Source: an uncultured Candidatus Saccharibacteria bacterium
Lineage (GTDB): Bacteria > Patescibacteriota > Saccharimonadia > Saccharimonadales > 2-12-FULL-41-12
Length of the DNA: 64,000 bases
Assembly: GCA_964648105.1 (NCBI GenBank)
Contig: CAZYMH010000005.1
Span: 36-64,035 of the forward strand
Direction of reading: 5' to 3'
Positions 28,691-37,915 of the stretch are shown here, one piece after another (positions within the stretch are counted from its first letter, which is position 1; every line of letters begins with the position of its first letter). The notes under the pieces were generated by a model. The model made no database searches. It was not told the origin of the DNA and saw only the letters and a list, made by a program, of their open reading frames with translations. The position numbers and the translations under genes are program-made.

Positions 28691-28764
28691 TGGGGATTGG
28701 CCAAGTGGTAAGGCAACGGGTTCTGGTCCCGTGATCGGGGGTTCGAATCCCTCATCCCCAGCCA
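28691..28764 (+). tRNA. tRNA-Gln (anticodon CTG), CCA encoded
   Basis: Acceptor is TGGGGAT/ATCCCCA, anticodon stem ACGGG/CCCGT with loop TTCTGGT, and T-arm GGGGG-TTCGAAT-CCCTC. The overall form is close to E. coli tRNA-Gln. Confidence 0.9.
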
Positions 28765-28835
28765 GATGCGACAGCAGAATTTGAGACCTATGTCCCTCAT
28801 TCTGCTTTGGCATCAGCAAAGAGAGAAATACTAAC

Positions 28836-28865
28836 AAAAAGAGTCGTTTATCCGACTCTTTTTGT
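28836..28865 (+). terminator. Rho-independent (bidirectional) terminator
   Basis: The sequence is AAAAAGAGTCG-TTTATC-CGACTCTTTTTG. An additional 8-bp hairpin, AGCAGAAT...ATTCTGCT, lies at 28773-28806. Confidence 0.6.
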
Positions 28866-29060
28866 TTAGACGCTTAGTCTACGGTATATCTGCTTATTTT
28901 TTACGAAGAGCGGTAAGTTTAGACCTCGTATGAATCCATCTTGTTCGTTTATGTTTCCCTGTCTAAGAACATAGCTCGCATAGTTTCTGAAATGTGCTCT
29001 TTCGGATGATTCGATTCCATGATCCTTTATAAGTTGGCTTGTAACGCGTTTGAACTGTAG
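28866..29060 (-). pseudogene. Possible C-terminal remnant of a tyrosine recombinase/integrase
   Basis: A start-less 64-codon frame reads FKRVTSQLIKDHGIESSERAHFRNYASYVLRQGNINEQDGFIRGLNLPLFVKNKQIYRRLSV. This resembles the integrase pattern GI...H.LRH.fA..ll..G......lLGH....tTQIY, with Tyr 36 residues after the His. It lies about 100 nt from tRNA-Gln. Confidence 0.3.
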
Positions 29061-29063
29061 CTA

Positions 29064-29552
29064 CTATTTAAGCTTGAATATCTTTAACACTTTTCTTTGA
29101 TATGGATCTTCGTTTGGGAACATATCGATCAAAGCAAGATTGTTAATACTCAAGATATCACCCACTTTAATTTGTCTATGTTTCTGAACGGTAGAGTGTG
29201 GCAAATAACCTTCCTCACTGTACTGTGGATCGTTTAATAGGAGGTTACCCTCTTTAAGCTTATGTAAAAGTGCGTAATGTATGGTCTTTAAGCCTTCGTT
29301 TTTTTCGAGCAAGATGACATGAACTTCTTTATTTGGTCCAAAATATTCGTCTTTTAGCCCTTTGGTCGATGTTGAGATTTGCTCTTGGGCTAATTCAAGA
29401 ATTTTCTTTTGCAAAGTTTCGACATCCCAGTCAATAGCAAAAGTATCAACAAAGGTGGTATGAAGTGGCCAATCACTTGAAGAGAAACTATGACCTTCTT
29501 CGACATCTTCTAATAAGCAAATTATTGTATATTTTTGAGTGAATTTCTGCAT
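29064..29552 (-). CDS. 2H phosphoesterase superfamily protein (LigT/2'-5' RNA ligase-like)
   Basis: 162 aa with two HxT/S motifs, PLHTTF and PHSTVQ, at the expected spacing. Confidence 0.65.
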   Translation of the reverse strand: MQKFTQKYTIICLLEDVEEGHSFSSSDWPLHTTFVDTFAIDWDVETLQKKILELAQEQISTSTKGLKDEYFGPNKEVHVILLEKNEGLKTIHYALLHKLKEGNLLLNDPQYSEEGYLPHSTVQKHRQIKVGDILSINNLALIDMFPNEDPYQRKVLKIFKLK

Positions 29553-29686
29553 TTAGCTATCATATCACGAGACACTTCCTCACTAAGCATATTGTGTCTC
29601 ATTTGTCCCATTTTAACCTGTTAAACTGTACTAGACCTGTATGCTCAGCCAAAATAAACCTCTAGCAAAGTCGGAAGTTTATTAGT

Positions 29687-30469
29687 TTAAGACGTTTTCT
29701 TTGGGGGCCATGGGATTAGGATGCTTGTTCGGCGTTTGTAGTTTATCCAACCTTTTTTGTTTTGAAATCTTTTCTCTGATAGCGGAACGCCTGAAATGAA
29801 GCAGATAAGTATTGTTATAGTTAAAGCACCAATAATGCCTACAAACCATAAAGAAGTAGAAATTGATAATAGTGCGATTCCCCACCACATGGTAACTTCA
29901 CCAAAATAGTTAGGGTGCCTTGAATAACGCCATAGCTTTTCTTGCATTAAATCAGGATGATTTTTGTTTGCTAAAAATTCTTTAAGTTGTTTGTCGGCTA
30001 ACGACTCGATAATAAAACCTGTTAACCAAACCAAAATACCGATGATCGATATCAGTGTAATACTTGGCTTGAAATGATGAATAACAATAACAGGTAAAAT
30101 AATCAGTGTCGCAAGCACCGCTTGAACCAAAAAAATCCTTAGTAGTATCTGAACTTTTATCATATTTTTCGGCCACTTTTTCATAATATCGGTGTAACGT
30201 TCGTCTTGAATTTGCGAGCGTCTAAAACGCTTAAAAATATGCCAAGACAAGCGTACTCCCCATAAAATCACCAATAAATCTGCGATCAGTACTAACATCG
30301 AGTTAGATGACTCAAAAATTTGCATCATCAGGACAGCCATGATAAAACTAATCCCCCATGCTGAGTCAATGATATCAACTCTGTTAGATTTTAGAGCATA
30401 AGTATATGCAATTATTTGTACGATTAGCGTTCCTATAAACGCTACGACAACTAAATTTAAGAAGTCCAT
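29687..30469 (-). CDS. DUF1295 / steroid 5-alpha-reductase-like membrane protein
   Basis: LWRYSRHPNYFGEVTMWWG is the family signature. The start is set at MDFLNLVV (30469). Confidence 0.8.
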   Translation of the reverse strand: MDFLNLVVVAFIGTLIVQIIAYTYALKSNRVDIIDSAWGISFIMAVLMMQIFESSNSMLVLIADLLVILWGVRLSWHIFKRFRRSQIQDERYTDIMKKWPKNMIKVQILLRIFLVQAVLATLIILPVIVIHHFKPSITLISIIGILVWLTGFIIESLADKQLKEFLANKNHPDLMQEKLWRYSRHPNYFGEVTMWWGIALLSISTSLWFVGIIGALTITILICFISGVPLSEKRFQNKKGWINYKRRTSILIPWPPKKTS

Positions 30470-30858
30470 AATCTGATCAAGTAAAATGAAGCTCCTGATA
30501 CAACGGCAGTCAATAATGTCCCCCATAATAGGTCGATCACCACAATCTTTGAGCTAAAACCTTTGATTACAGCTAGACTAGTTAAGTCGTAAGTTACATA
30601 AGCAACAAACCCAAATAATGCACCATAACCAATTGCATATGACAAAGAATCTTTACTCAAAGCGGGGTTAATTACAAAGATAATTACACCAATTATGTAA
30701 ACAATATAAAAAAGTAATGCTGGAACTAAATTAAATTTCTCAAGCAAAATTGAGCCCATTTCATTGTAATAGATCTTTTTGGCTATATAACCTAACCACG
30801 CTACATCAAGCATGCCCATAATTCCACCAGTTACAAGTAATTTTATTAACAAATCCAT
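30457..30858 (-). CDS. DUF2177 family membrane protein
   Basis: LDVAWLGYIAKKIYY, GALFGFVAYVTYDLTSLA and IDLLWGTLLTAV match the DUF2177 consensus. The start is taken at MDLLIK. Confidence 0.75.
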   Translation of the reverse strand: MDLLIKLLVTGGIMGMLDVAWLGYIAKKIYYNEMGSILLEKFNLVPALLFYIVYIIGVIIFVINPALSKDSLSYAIGYGALFGFVAYVTYDLTSLAVIKGFSSKIVVIDLLWGTLLTAVVSGASFYLIRLWTS

Positions 30859-30859
30859 A

Positions 30860-31675
30860 TTATTCCCTCTCGACACTCTTAGGATATTTATATAGTAACC
30901 AAATAGTTAACAAACTGAGTACTACCAAAATAATTACTAAAGTCCTAACTATTTGTGGATAGCCATTGTTGTAGCCAACTGAGCTAGTATGCTTAAGCCA
31001 AATTCCATAGTAAGCCCAGACAAAAACGGCAATAAATGGCCAACTTTTTAGCCGCCAAGCTGTAATAACTCCAATCAATATACCAACTATCAATATAATA
31101 ACCGTCCAAGTTTGCGGTGCAACTCCCCATCCGTTCCAATTAATGCTGACTAGCCAAACGCTAATATTGGCAATTGTCGCGATAGTTATCCAACCGAAAT
31201 ATATACTAAATGGTAGCTTAATAGTCAACCAATCGATAAATGAAAACTCGCTAGTATCTTTTATTTGCAGATTAATTTTAGCGAGCGTCCAGAGTAATCC
31301 AACCATCAAAATAACAGATAGCCAAAAAATTCTATATTGCCAACTTATTAACCAAGCTGCATTAAGCAGTGAGACAATAATAAAATTCGGAATAATTTCG
31401 TGGGCTAATTGGTCGGCAGATTTTTGTCTTTTCTGACCAAAGTCAGTGTATAGTCTCACACAGTAGGCCGCCACAAGCATATAAATAATTCCCCATATTG
31501 CAAAAGTAACACCATCTGGCGTAAAAAGTGTTGGATATCTGTCTGAGACCTCTGCAGTATTATTGCCCCCAAGAATGGTAGTATTAGATAAACCGTTAAT
31601 CACCAGCGATATAATAAAAATAATTACGGCTACTGAGCGATATTTAGCCAGATTAGAAATCGAAAACTCCTTCAT
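30860..31675 (-). CDS. Tryptophan-rich polytopic membrane protein, TspO/MBR-related
   Basis: 271 aa with FAIWGIIYML, NAAWLISWQY and FSIYFGWITIATIANI. The family assignment is tentative. Confidence 0.45.
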   Translation of the reverse strand: MKEFSISNLAKYRSVAVIIFIISLVINGLSNTTILGGNNTAEVSDRYPTLFTPDGVTFAIWGIIYMLVAAYCVRLYTDFGQKRQKSADQLAHEIIPNFIIVSLLNAAWLISWQYRIFWLSVILMVGLLWTLAKINLQIKDTSEFSFIDWLTIKLPFSIYFGWITIATIANISVWLVSINWNGWGVAPQTWTVIILIVGILIGVITAWRLKSWPFIAVFVWAYYGIWLKHTSSVGYNNGYPQIVRTLVIILVVLSLLTIWLLYKYPKSVERE

Positions 31676-31742
31676 TGCTATTAATTATAAAGCATAAGAT
31701 TTAATATAAAAAGTGGCTAATTTTTAACTATCTATATAGTTT

Positions 31743-32159
31743 TTACTCTAAGTTACTTGATTCGTCTTGATTTGTTGGCATCAATATTGCGTCAACAAGG
31801 TCATCTAGTTCGCTGTTAGATAAATTTGCTTTGACCGCAAACCCTTCGATACCCTGATCACGCAATCCTGCAGGAGCATCAGCTTCATTTAAATTAGAAA
31901 TAATCTGTACTTTGATATATTTACTCCAGTCTTCTTGCCTGATCCGCTTTAAGATCTCATCACCAGCTACTACAGGTACCATCAAATCAAGCAAAACCAA
32001 ATCAGGTATCTCTTGGCGTATCAAGTCTAAAGCTTTTTGGCCATCGTAAGCCACTAGTACTTTATAGCCCAGAATTTCCAAGCGAGTTTTATATATTTCT
32101 GCTAAATCTTGGTTGTCTTCGACAATTAAGACTTTTAAATTCATTCTAAAATTACTCAT
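31743..32159 (-). CDS. Stand-alone response-regulator receiver domain (CheY-like)
   Basis: 138 aa with KVLIVEDN, the phosphoacceptor context LVLLDLMVP, and a conserved K in AVKAN. Confidence 0.85.
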   Translation of the reverse strand: MSNFRMNLKVLIVEDNQDLAEIYKTRLEILGYKVLVAYDGQKALDLIRQEIPDLVLLDLMVPVVAGDEILKRIRQEDWSKYIKVQIISNLNEADAPAGLRDQGIEGFAVKANLSNSELDDLVDAILMPTNQDESSNLE

Positions 32160-32445
32160 ATTTTAATTGTAAACCTATTTAGATATTCAGCAACCATCAA
32201 TAAACTAATGTTTTTTTGTCAATAAAACATTTTAATAGATACTAGTTATGTATATAATATACAAGTATAAAAGGTATGGATAAAACTAACAGATCAATTA
32301 ACGACAGTTTTTGGCAAAATTTTTTAGGATATTTGTTTGTATTTTTGTTTGTGGTACCAGTAATCCCTTATCTTATTTATAAATTTATTTTAAGTATATA
32401 AATTAGTATATCGCATTTTATGCAATAATGTGATAAAGTAAGTCT

Positions 32446-34983
32446 ATGACTATGCATAGAGGGCGTATGACGCTCTCTATGCGTCGTGCGTTATTTATTT
32501 TACCTTTTTGGTTATTTTCTGTTTATTGGATGTGGAATTGGTGGATTTTTGACACCGAAATTAATTTTTTGGCGATTTATGTTGTTTTGACGTTTGCAAT
32601 GATATATGAATTTACTTTGTTGCCATCATTTTTTATGTTTTTTCTTTTACGAAGTAAAATTCCTAAACGCCGAATTGCACCAAAAAATCAAAAAGTTGCA
32701 GTAATAACTCTTTGCGTCCCTTCTTCGGAATCATTAGATATCATCGAAAGACAGTTAATCGCCATGACAAATATTACATATCCTCATGATAGCTGGATAT
32801 TAGATGAAGGCAAAAATACTGAAATAAAAAAAATGGCCAAAAAATACGGTGTAATGTATTTCTCACGTAAAGGGGTTAAGAAGTATAACCAACCTGACCC
32901 TCCGTTCAAGGCCAAAACCAAAGCAGGTAATGTAAATGCATGGCTACAACATGTAAAAAGACGTAAGTATGATTATTTTGTACAATTTGATATCGATCAT
33001 ATTGCGAAACCTAATTATTTGAATAAGACTTTAGGACATTTTAGAGATGAGAAGGTCGGTTGGGTCCAAGCTCCATCTGTCTACTCTAACTTAACAAGTT
33101 GGACGGCTCGCGGTGCAGCTGAGCAAGAATTAGTTTTGCAAGGACCACTACAAATGGGTTTTTATGGGTTTAGTAAAACACCTTTTTTTATAATCGGTTC
33201 TCATTGCACCTATCGAATGTCGGCGATACGAAAGATTGGCGGCTTTCAGCCTACTAGAGCCGAAGATCACTTGGACACTTTATATTTATCAAAGATCGGC
33301 TATAAAGGAGTATTTATACCAGAAATAATTGCTGAAGGTGATGGGCCAGAAACATTAAGTACTTATCTAGCACAACAATTTGCGTGGGCCTACAGTATGT
33401 TTCAAGTTTTGATAGATCACACTCCGCGAGCAATCTTAACACTTTCATGGAAGCAAAGATTTCAATTTTTGTTTGCTCAAACCTGGTACCCATTTTGGTC
33501 GTTATCGTACCTAGTATTGTTTCTATCACCTCTTATAGCTTTATGGCTAAATAGAGATATAGTCACTGCCAGTCCAAATGATATGCTAATTCATTTTATG
33601 CCAGTTTTCTTAGGTGGATTTTTGGTTTGGTGGGCTGGAAGACCATTAATGCAACCACAAAATATCTCACTAACTTGGCGTGGCATAATTTTACATGCAA
33701 TAAGGTGGCCAATTATTTTGCGAGCAATATTGGCAGCATTTTTTAGAGTTAAAAAACCTTACATGATTACCCCAAAAGGTAAGTTTTCTCACACGGCACC
33801 ATCTATTGAGACATATAGACCATTTTTAGGCTGGGGATTATTATGTTTATTTTCTGTAATTATTAATGATATTTTACGTTTAGATAAAATGACAGAAGCC
33901 CAATCATTTTTTGCATTGTCGAATTCAATATTTATGCTGAGTGTGTGTCTAGTTGATTTAATAATCAGGTATAAAGCTATTAAGCCGAAATTTCGAGATT
34001 TGAGATTAGAGTGGATAAAACCTGTAAGTGCAGTTTGGTTTTTTATTGTACTATTTATTGCCGCTAACTTTATAAATCTATATACATTGAATGACTATGC
34101 TGAAGCCGAGTCAAAAACCAACAAAAATCTAAGTGCAGTTAACGTCGAGAATGACCAAGATTACTCGCATAAAATAGCGAATTTAGCTTATAACAAAAAT
34201 CAGACTCCTCGTTTAGGAATATATGAACAAAACCCGTCAATATTCACTGCATCAAAAACACCGATTATTCAACATGACTTTATTGATTGGAGAAATGAGA
34301 GTAAACTTGCAAAACGAGTTTATGAAATCGAAAAAAACCAAAATACTCCCCTAATAACTATCGAGCCCAAAGGTGAAAGTTATGGCACAAAATTATTAAA
34401 TGACATTAACCAAGGGATATATGATAAAAGACTTAATAAAATTGCCGATGTATTAAAAAATTCCAAATCACCTATTTACATAAGATTTGCACACGAAATG
34501 GAACTAGAAGATTTGTATCCGTGGGGCAACCAAGATCCTAGTTCGTATATCGAAGCTTATAAACGTGCAGCTAAAATATTCAAATCATCTAACCCAAATA
34601 ATATAAAAATGGTTTGGTCACCAGCAGGCAATCCAGGTGCCGAAGCTTACTACCCTGGCGATGAATATGTAGACGTAATTGGTGTGACAGTTTTGCATGA
34701 TTCATATTGGTATGGAGATAATATGGTAAGTTTTTACAATCTTGTTGTCAGTCGTCAATGGACATTAAATTATCACAAGCCATTATGGATAGTTGAATTT
34801 GGTGCAGGACACTCTACGCCTGCTATTCAAAAAGAAGTTATTTCTGAAGCACGCAATCAATACCGCGACTATGGCTATGATGTATTGATTTATCTCAATA
34901 CTTACGATGTTAATATTAACGGCCCAGATTATAGAATCAATCAAAATAGTGATTTTTTGGTTGACGACTCAGTGCTAAATTAA
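32446..34983 (+). CDS. Processive cellulose-synthase-like GT2 fused to a C-terminal GH26-like glycoside hydrolase
   Basis: 845 aa. The GT2 core has VAVITLCVPSSE, LDEGK, KAGNVNAW, QFDIDH, RAEDHLDT and QQFAWAYS (a QxxRW variant), flanked by TM helices. The C-terminal part has RFAHEME, YYPGDEYVDVIGVT and WIVEFGA, which are GH26 motifs. Confidence 0.75.
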   Translation: MTMHRGRMTLSMRRALFILPFWLFSVYWMWNWWIFDTEINFLAIYVVLTFAMIYEFTLLPSFFMFFLLRSKIPKRRIAPKNQKVAVITLCVPSSESLDIIERQLIAMTNITYPHDSWILDEGKNTEIKKMAKKYGVMYFSRKGVKKYNQPDPPFKAKTKAGNVNAWLQHVKRRKYDYFVQFDIDHIAKPNYLNKTLGHFRDEKVGWVQAPSVYSNLTSWTARGAAEQELVLQGPLQMGFYGFSKTPFFIIGSHCTYRMSAIRKIGGFQPTRAEDHLDTLYLSKIGYKGVFIPEIIAEGDGPETLSTYLAQQFAWAYSMFQVLIDHTPRAILTLSWKQRFQFLFAQTWYPFWSLSYLVLFLSPLIALWLNRDIVTASPNDMLIHFMPVFLGGFLVWWAGRPLMQPQNISLTWRGIILHAIRWPIILRAILAAFFRVKKPYMITPKGKFSHTAPSIETYRPFLGWGLLCLFSVIINDILRLDKMTEAQSFFALSNSIFMLSVCLVDLIIRYKAIKPKFRDLRLEWIKPVSAVWFFIVLFIAANFINLYTLNDYAEAESKTNKNLSAVNVENDQDYSHKIANLAYNKNQTPRLGIYEQNPSIFTASKTPIIQHDFIDWRNESKLAKRVYEIEKNQNTPLITIEPKGESYGTKLLNDINQGIYDKRLNKIADVLKNSKSPIYIRFAHEMELEDLYPWGNQDPSSYIEAYKRAAKIFKSSNPNNIKMVWSPAGNPGAEAYYPGDEYVDVIGVTVLHDSYWYGDNMVSFYNLVVSRQWTLNYHKPLWIVEFGAGHSTPAIQKEVISEARNQYRDYGYDVLIYLNTYDVNINGPDYRINQNSDFLVDDSVLN

Positions 34984-35789
34984 TTTATATCTCTTGATTT
35001 GAAGCCGATGATCGCTAAAACTGTGCCGACTATGTAGACGGCTAATAGATAAAAAACTAGACCCTTTGATATATTGCCATTTAATATATTGAGAGGCGAA
35101 AAATAATGAAATGGGAATAACTTAATAAGTTGTGACAACCAGTCAGTTAAACTACTAAACGATGCCAAAATATAACCCCCAAAGCTAGCAATTACTCCTA
35201 TACTGACAGCAACTTTCCTGCTAATTTGGCTAATGGCATTCAAAACAAAAACTATATAACCAAAGCTCAAACAAAAAATTAAGGTCATTAAAGAAGTTAA
35301 AATTAAACGCGAGTTAGCGATGTGTAAGTCAAAAATCGGGCAGAAAATAACAATAAAAATAGTTGTCAAAGCACCAATCAATAACATTTCACTAATCAAA
35401 CTTAACGCTTTGGCCAGTAACAACTTAACCCGCGAAATTGGTCGTGCGAGCAAGAGTTCTAAAACGTGATCATTCTCTTCCCGACCGATGATATTATTGC
35501 CCCTTGAGATAGCTAAAATAATCCATATAATTGGCAAAGTTGCATAAAAAAGTTGAGAGTTTAAAAACTGTTCTGGGTTGCCAACATCGACATTGTTGAC
35601 ACCACCAGCCTTGAGATTGCGTAATTCGACTGGAAGTTGATTGATTACTTGGTTCATTTGAGCAGCTTGATCTCTGATAGGTGGATAAAGTGTAAGGATA
35701 ACAACTGATAAAATAATGCTGCCCACACTCCACCAAAAAATCGATGTTTTTCTTCTATGCAGTTCCCACTTTATAATCTCAATTATTTG
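34980..35789 (-). CDS. ABC-2 type transporter permease
   Basis: Six TM segments, downstream of and overlapping an ABC ATPase gene. The start is set at MQIIEIIKWEL. Confidence 0.7.
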   Translation of the reverse strand, partial: QIIEIIKWELHRRKTSIFWWSVGSIILSVVILTLYPPIRDQAAQMNQVINQLPVELRNLKAGGVNNVDVGNPEQFLNSQLFYATLPIIWIILAISRGNNIIGREENDHVLELLLARPISRVKLLLAKALSLISEMLLIGALTTIFIVIFCPIFDLHIANSRLILTSLMTLIFCLSFGYIVFVLNAISQISRKVAVSIGVIASFGGYILASFSSLTDWLSQLIKLFPFHYFSPLNILNGNISKGLVFYLLAVYIVGTVLAIIGFKSRDIN

Positions 35790-36684
35790 CATCATTTTCT
35801 CCATAATATTCCAAAAATTCGTCACCAAGAGTTACTTGTTCACTTACAAAATTTATTAGTTTATATTTGCTGATAATGCTAAGCAAATGATCGATTGATG
35901 AAACAGGTTGGACAAGAACTTGATTAGGAGTTTGCGAAATTATTTTATAACCATTTGGCTTTAGGTCAATAAACTTTTTATAATCATGATCAGTGGCGAA
36001 CGTGACACGATAACTAGCAATGTTTAACCTGGAGTCGTTATCAATATCTTGTTCGTGAATCAGCTTACCTTGCTTGATTATGCCAATTTTTGTACACAAA
36101 CTTTGTGCCTCATACAAATTATGACTACTAATCAAAATTGCCGAACCTTGTGAGGCAAAATCGCGGATTATATCATAAAAAACCTCTTGAATTAGCGGGT
36201 CAAGTCCAGAAGTTGGCTCGTCTAAAATTAGTACTTTAGGTTGATGCATCAAAGCTTGAATTAGGCCGATTTTTTGACGATTGCCTTTACTGAGCTGATT
36301 AATTTTTTTGTGTGGTTCAGTGTCAAGTTTTTTGATTAAGTAGTCCAAAAATTCTTTATCAACAGGCTTACCAATTTTCGATAAAAATTCAAATATTTCT
36401 TGACCTGTCGACTTTCCCCATAGAGCTACATCCCCCGACAAGTATCCTATCTCACGTCGAAGTTCACTTTTAGTGACATTTTCCCCGAAAATTTTGGCGT
36501 TGCCGCTCGTGGGTTGAATGAAATTTAATAACAAGCGTATAGTAGTTGATTTGCCTGCACCATTTGCTCCCAAAAATCCATAAATTTCACCCGATTTAAC
36601 ACTTAAGTTAAGTTCGTTGACAGCTGGGGTGATACCCCTTGAATAAGTCTTAGTAAGATTGGAGGTTTCGATTAGATAACTCAT
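35779..36684 (-). CDS. ABC transporter ATP-binding protein (ABC-2/DrrA-like)
   Basis: Walker A is GANGAGKST, the signature is LSKGNRQKIGL, and Walker B is LILDEPTSGLD. Confidence 0.9.
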   Translation of the reverse strand: MSYLIETSNLTKTYSRGITPAVNELNLSVKSGEIYGFLGANGAGKSTTIRLLLNFIQPTSGNAKIFGENVTKSELRREIGYLSGDVALWGKSTGQEIFEFLSKIGKPVDKEFLDYLIKKLDTEPHKKINQLSKGNRQKIGLIQALMHQPKVLILDEPTSGLDPLIQEVFYDIIRDFASQGSAILISSHNLYEAQSLCTKIGIIKQGKLIHEQDIDNDSRLNIASYRVTFATDHDYKKFIDLKPNGYKIISQTPNQVLVQPVSSIDHLLSIISKYKLINFVSEQVTLGDEFLEYYGENDANN

Positions 36685-36747
36685 ATTTTTATATGATTGA
36701 TTATAACCTACAAATGCAAGTTCAAATAGCTTATACTAAAACCAGAT

Positions 36748-37887
36748 ATGAATAATAAAAGCTATTTGGCAATTAATGTCGGGTCGTCAAGCCTGAAGCT
36801 GGCTGCTTTCGATGTAAATTCGATGGATAAAATATTCGTGAGCAAAGTTTTGTTGATAGGAAGTGATAATTCCAGCCTAATTATAGCTAATCAATCACAA
36901 GATTTAGGTAAAATTGACTTTTATAAAGCCTTCGATGTATTAATCGAAAAATACTTCGAGAAGTTCGGGTCAGAAAATATCCAGATGATTGGACATCGGG
37001 TTGTATTTTCGGGTGGGTTATATAAAAATCATCAATTGATAACACCACAGTTAATAGATAATTTGAGCCAAAATATCGATTTTGACCCTGATCATTTGCC
37101 TCAATCTCTTGATGTAATAAAAGCTAGTTTAGATAAATTTCCAACCTCCAAACAAATAGCGTGCTTTGATAGTGTTTTTTTTGGTGAATTACCACAAGAG
37201 GCAAAAGTACTTGCCCTGCCCCATGTTTATCAGCAGACTAACTTAACTAAAAACGGTTATCACGGGTTATCTTATGATTTTTTGATGAAAAATGTTGATG
37301 ATTATCGGAACAAGAAAATTATAATTGCTCAACTTGGTAGCGGAAGTAGTCTGGCGGCAATTGACTGTGGTCGAGCAGTTGACACGACTATGAGTTTTTC
37401 ACCAAATTCTGGAGTTTTGATGAGTTCCCGCTCTGGCGATATTGACCCGACCGTAATATTCGCTTTGCACAAAAAATACAATTTGTCACTAGATCAAATC
37501 AATAGTCAACTTAATCATCAAGCTGGACTAATGGGTATTTCAGGTGTGTCGAGTGATATGTTAACGCTACTCGAAAGTTATGAAAGCAATGAATTATGTA
37601 GATTAGCAGTTGATAAATATTGTTACGAAATCAAAAAAACCATCGGTGCTTATGCGGCTAGTATGGGTGGATTAGATGTGATTGTTTTCTCAGGTGGAAT
37701 TGGTGAAAAATCTGCCTTTATTAGGTCGAAAATATGCGAAAAACTGGAGTATTTAGGTATCGAAGTTGACCAAGAAAAAAATAATCTTAATTGCAAATTA
37801 TTTGACAGAGGTGGTAAAATAAAGCTTATGGTAATACCAACTGACGAAGAGCTGGTAATTGCAGAGATAATAAAAAATTTTAATTAA
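36748..37887 (+). CDS. ackA: Acetate kinase
   Basis: 379 aa with LAINVGSSSLKLAAF, HRVVFSG and GGIGEKS. It is adjacent to phosphoketolase. Confidence 0.85.
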   Translation: MNNKSYLAINVGSSSLKLAAFDVNSMDKIFVSKVLLIGSDNSSLIIANQSQDLGKIDFYKAFDVLIEKYFEKFGSENIQMIGHRVVFSGGLYKNHQLITPQLIDNLSQNIDFDPDHLPQSLDVIKASLDKFPTSKQIACFDSVFFGELPQEAKVLALPHVYQQTNLTKNGYHGLSYDFLMKNVDDYRNKKIIIAQLGSGSSLAAIDCGRAVDTTMSFSPNSGVLMSSRSGDIDPTVIFALHKKYNLSLDQINSQLNHQAGLMGISGVSSDMLTLLESYESNELCRLAVDKYCYEIKKTIGAYAASMGGLDVIVFSGGIGEKSAFIRSKICEKLEYLGIEVDQEKNNLNCKLFDRGGKIKLMVIPTDEELVIAEIIKNFN

Positions 37888-37915
37888 AACGCGTTAAATT
37901 CAAAGGGTGTGGACG

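Noticed and set aside
28553-28837. 94-aa minus-strand ORF in the ORF track
   Set aside because: It lies directly across tRNA-Gln (28691-28764) and its terminator region. The conserved-looking peptide is simply the antisense translation of the tRNA.
32276-32401. 41-codon hydrophobic ORF (MDKTNRSINDSFWQNFLGYLFVFLFVVPVIPYLIYKFILSI) upstream of the GT2-GH26 gene
   Set aside because: It has only a weak SD (AAAGG directly abutting the ATG) and lies in very AT-rich sequence where such ORFs arise by chance. It may be real, but it is not supportable here.
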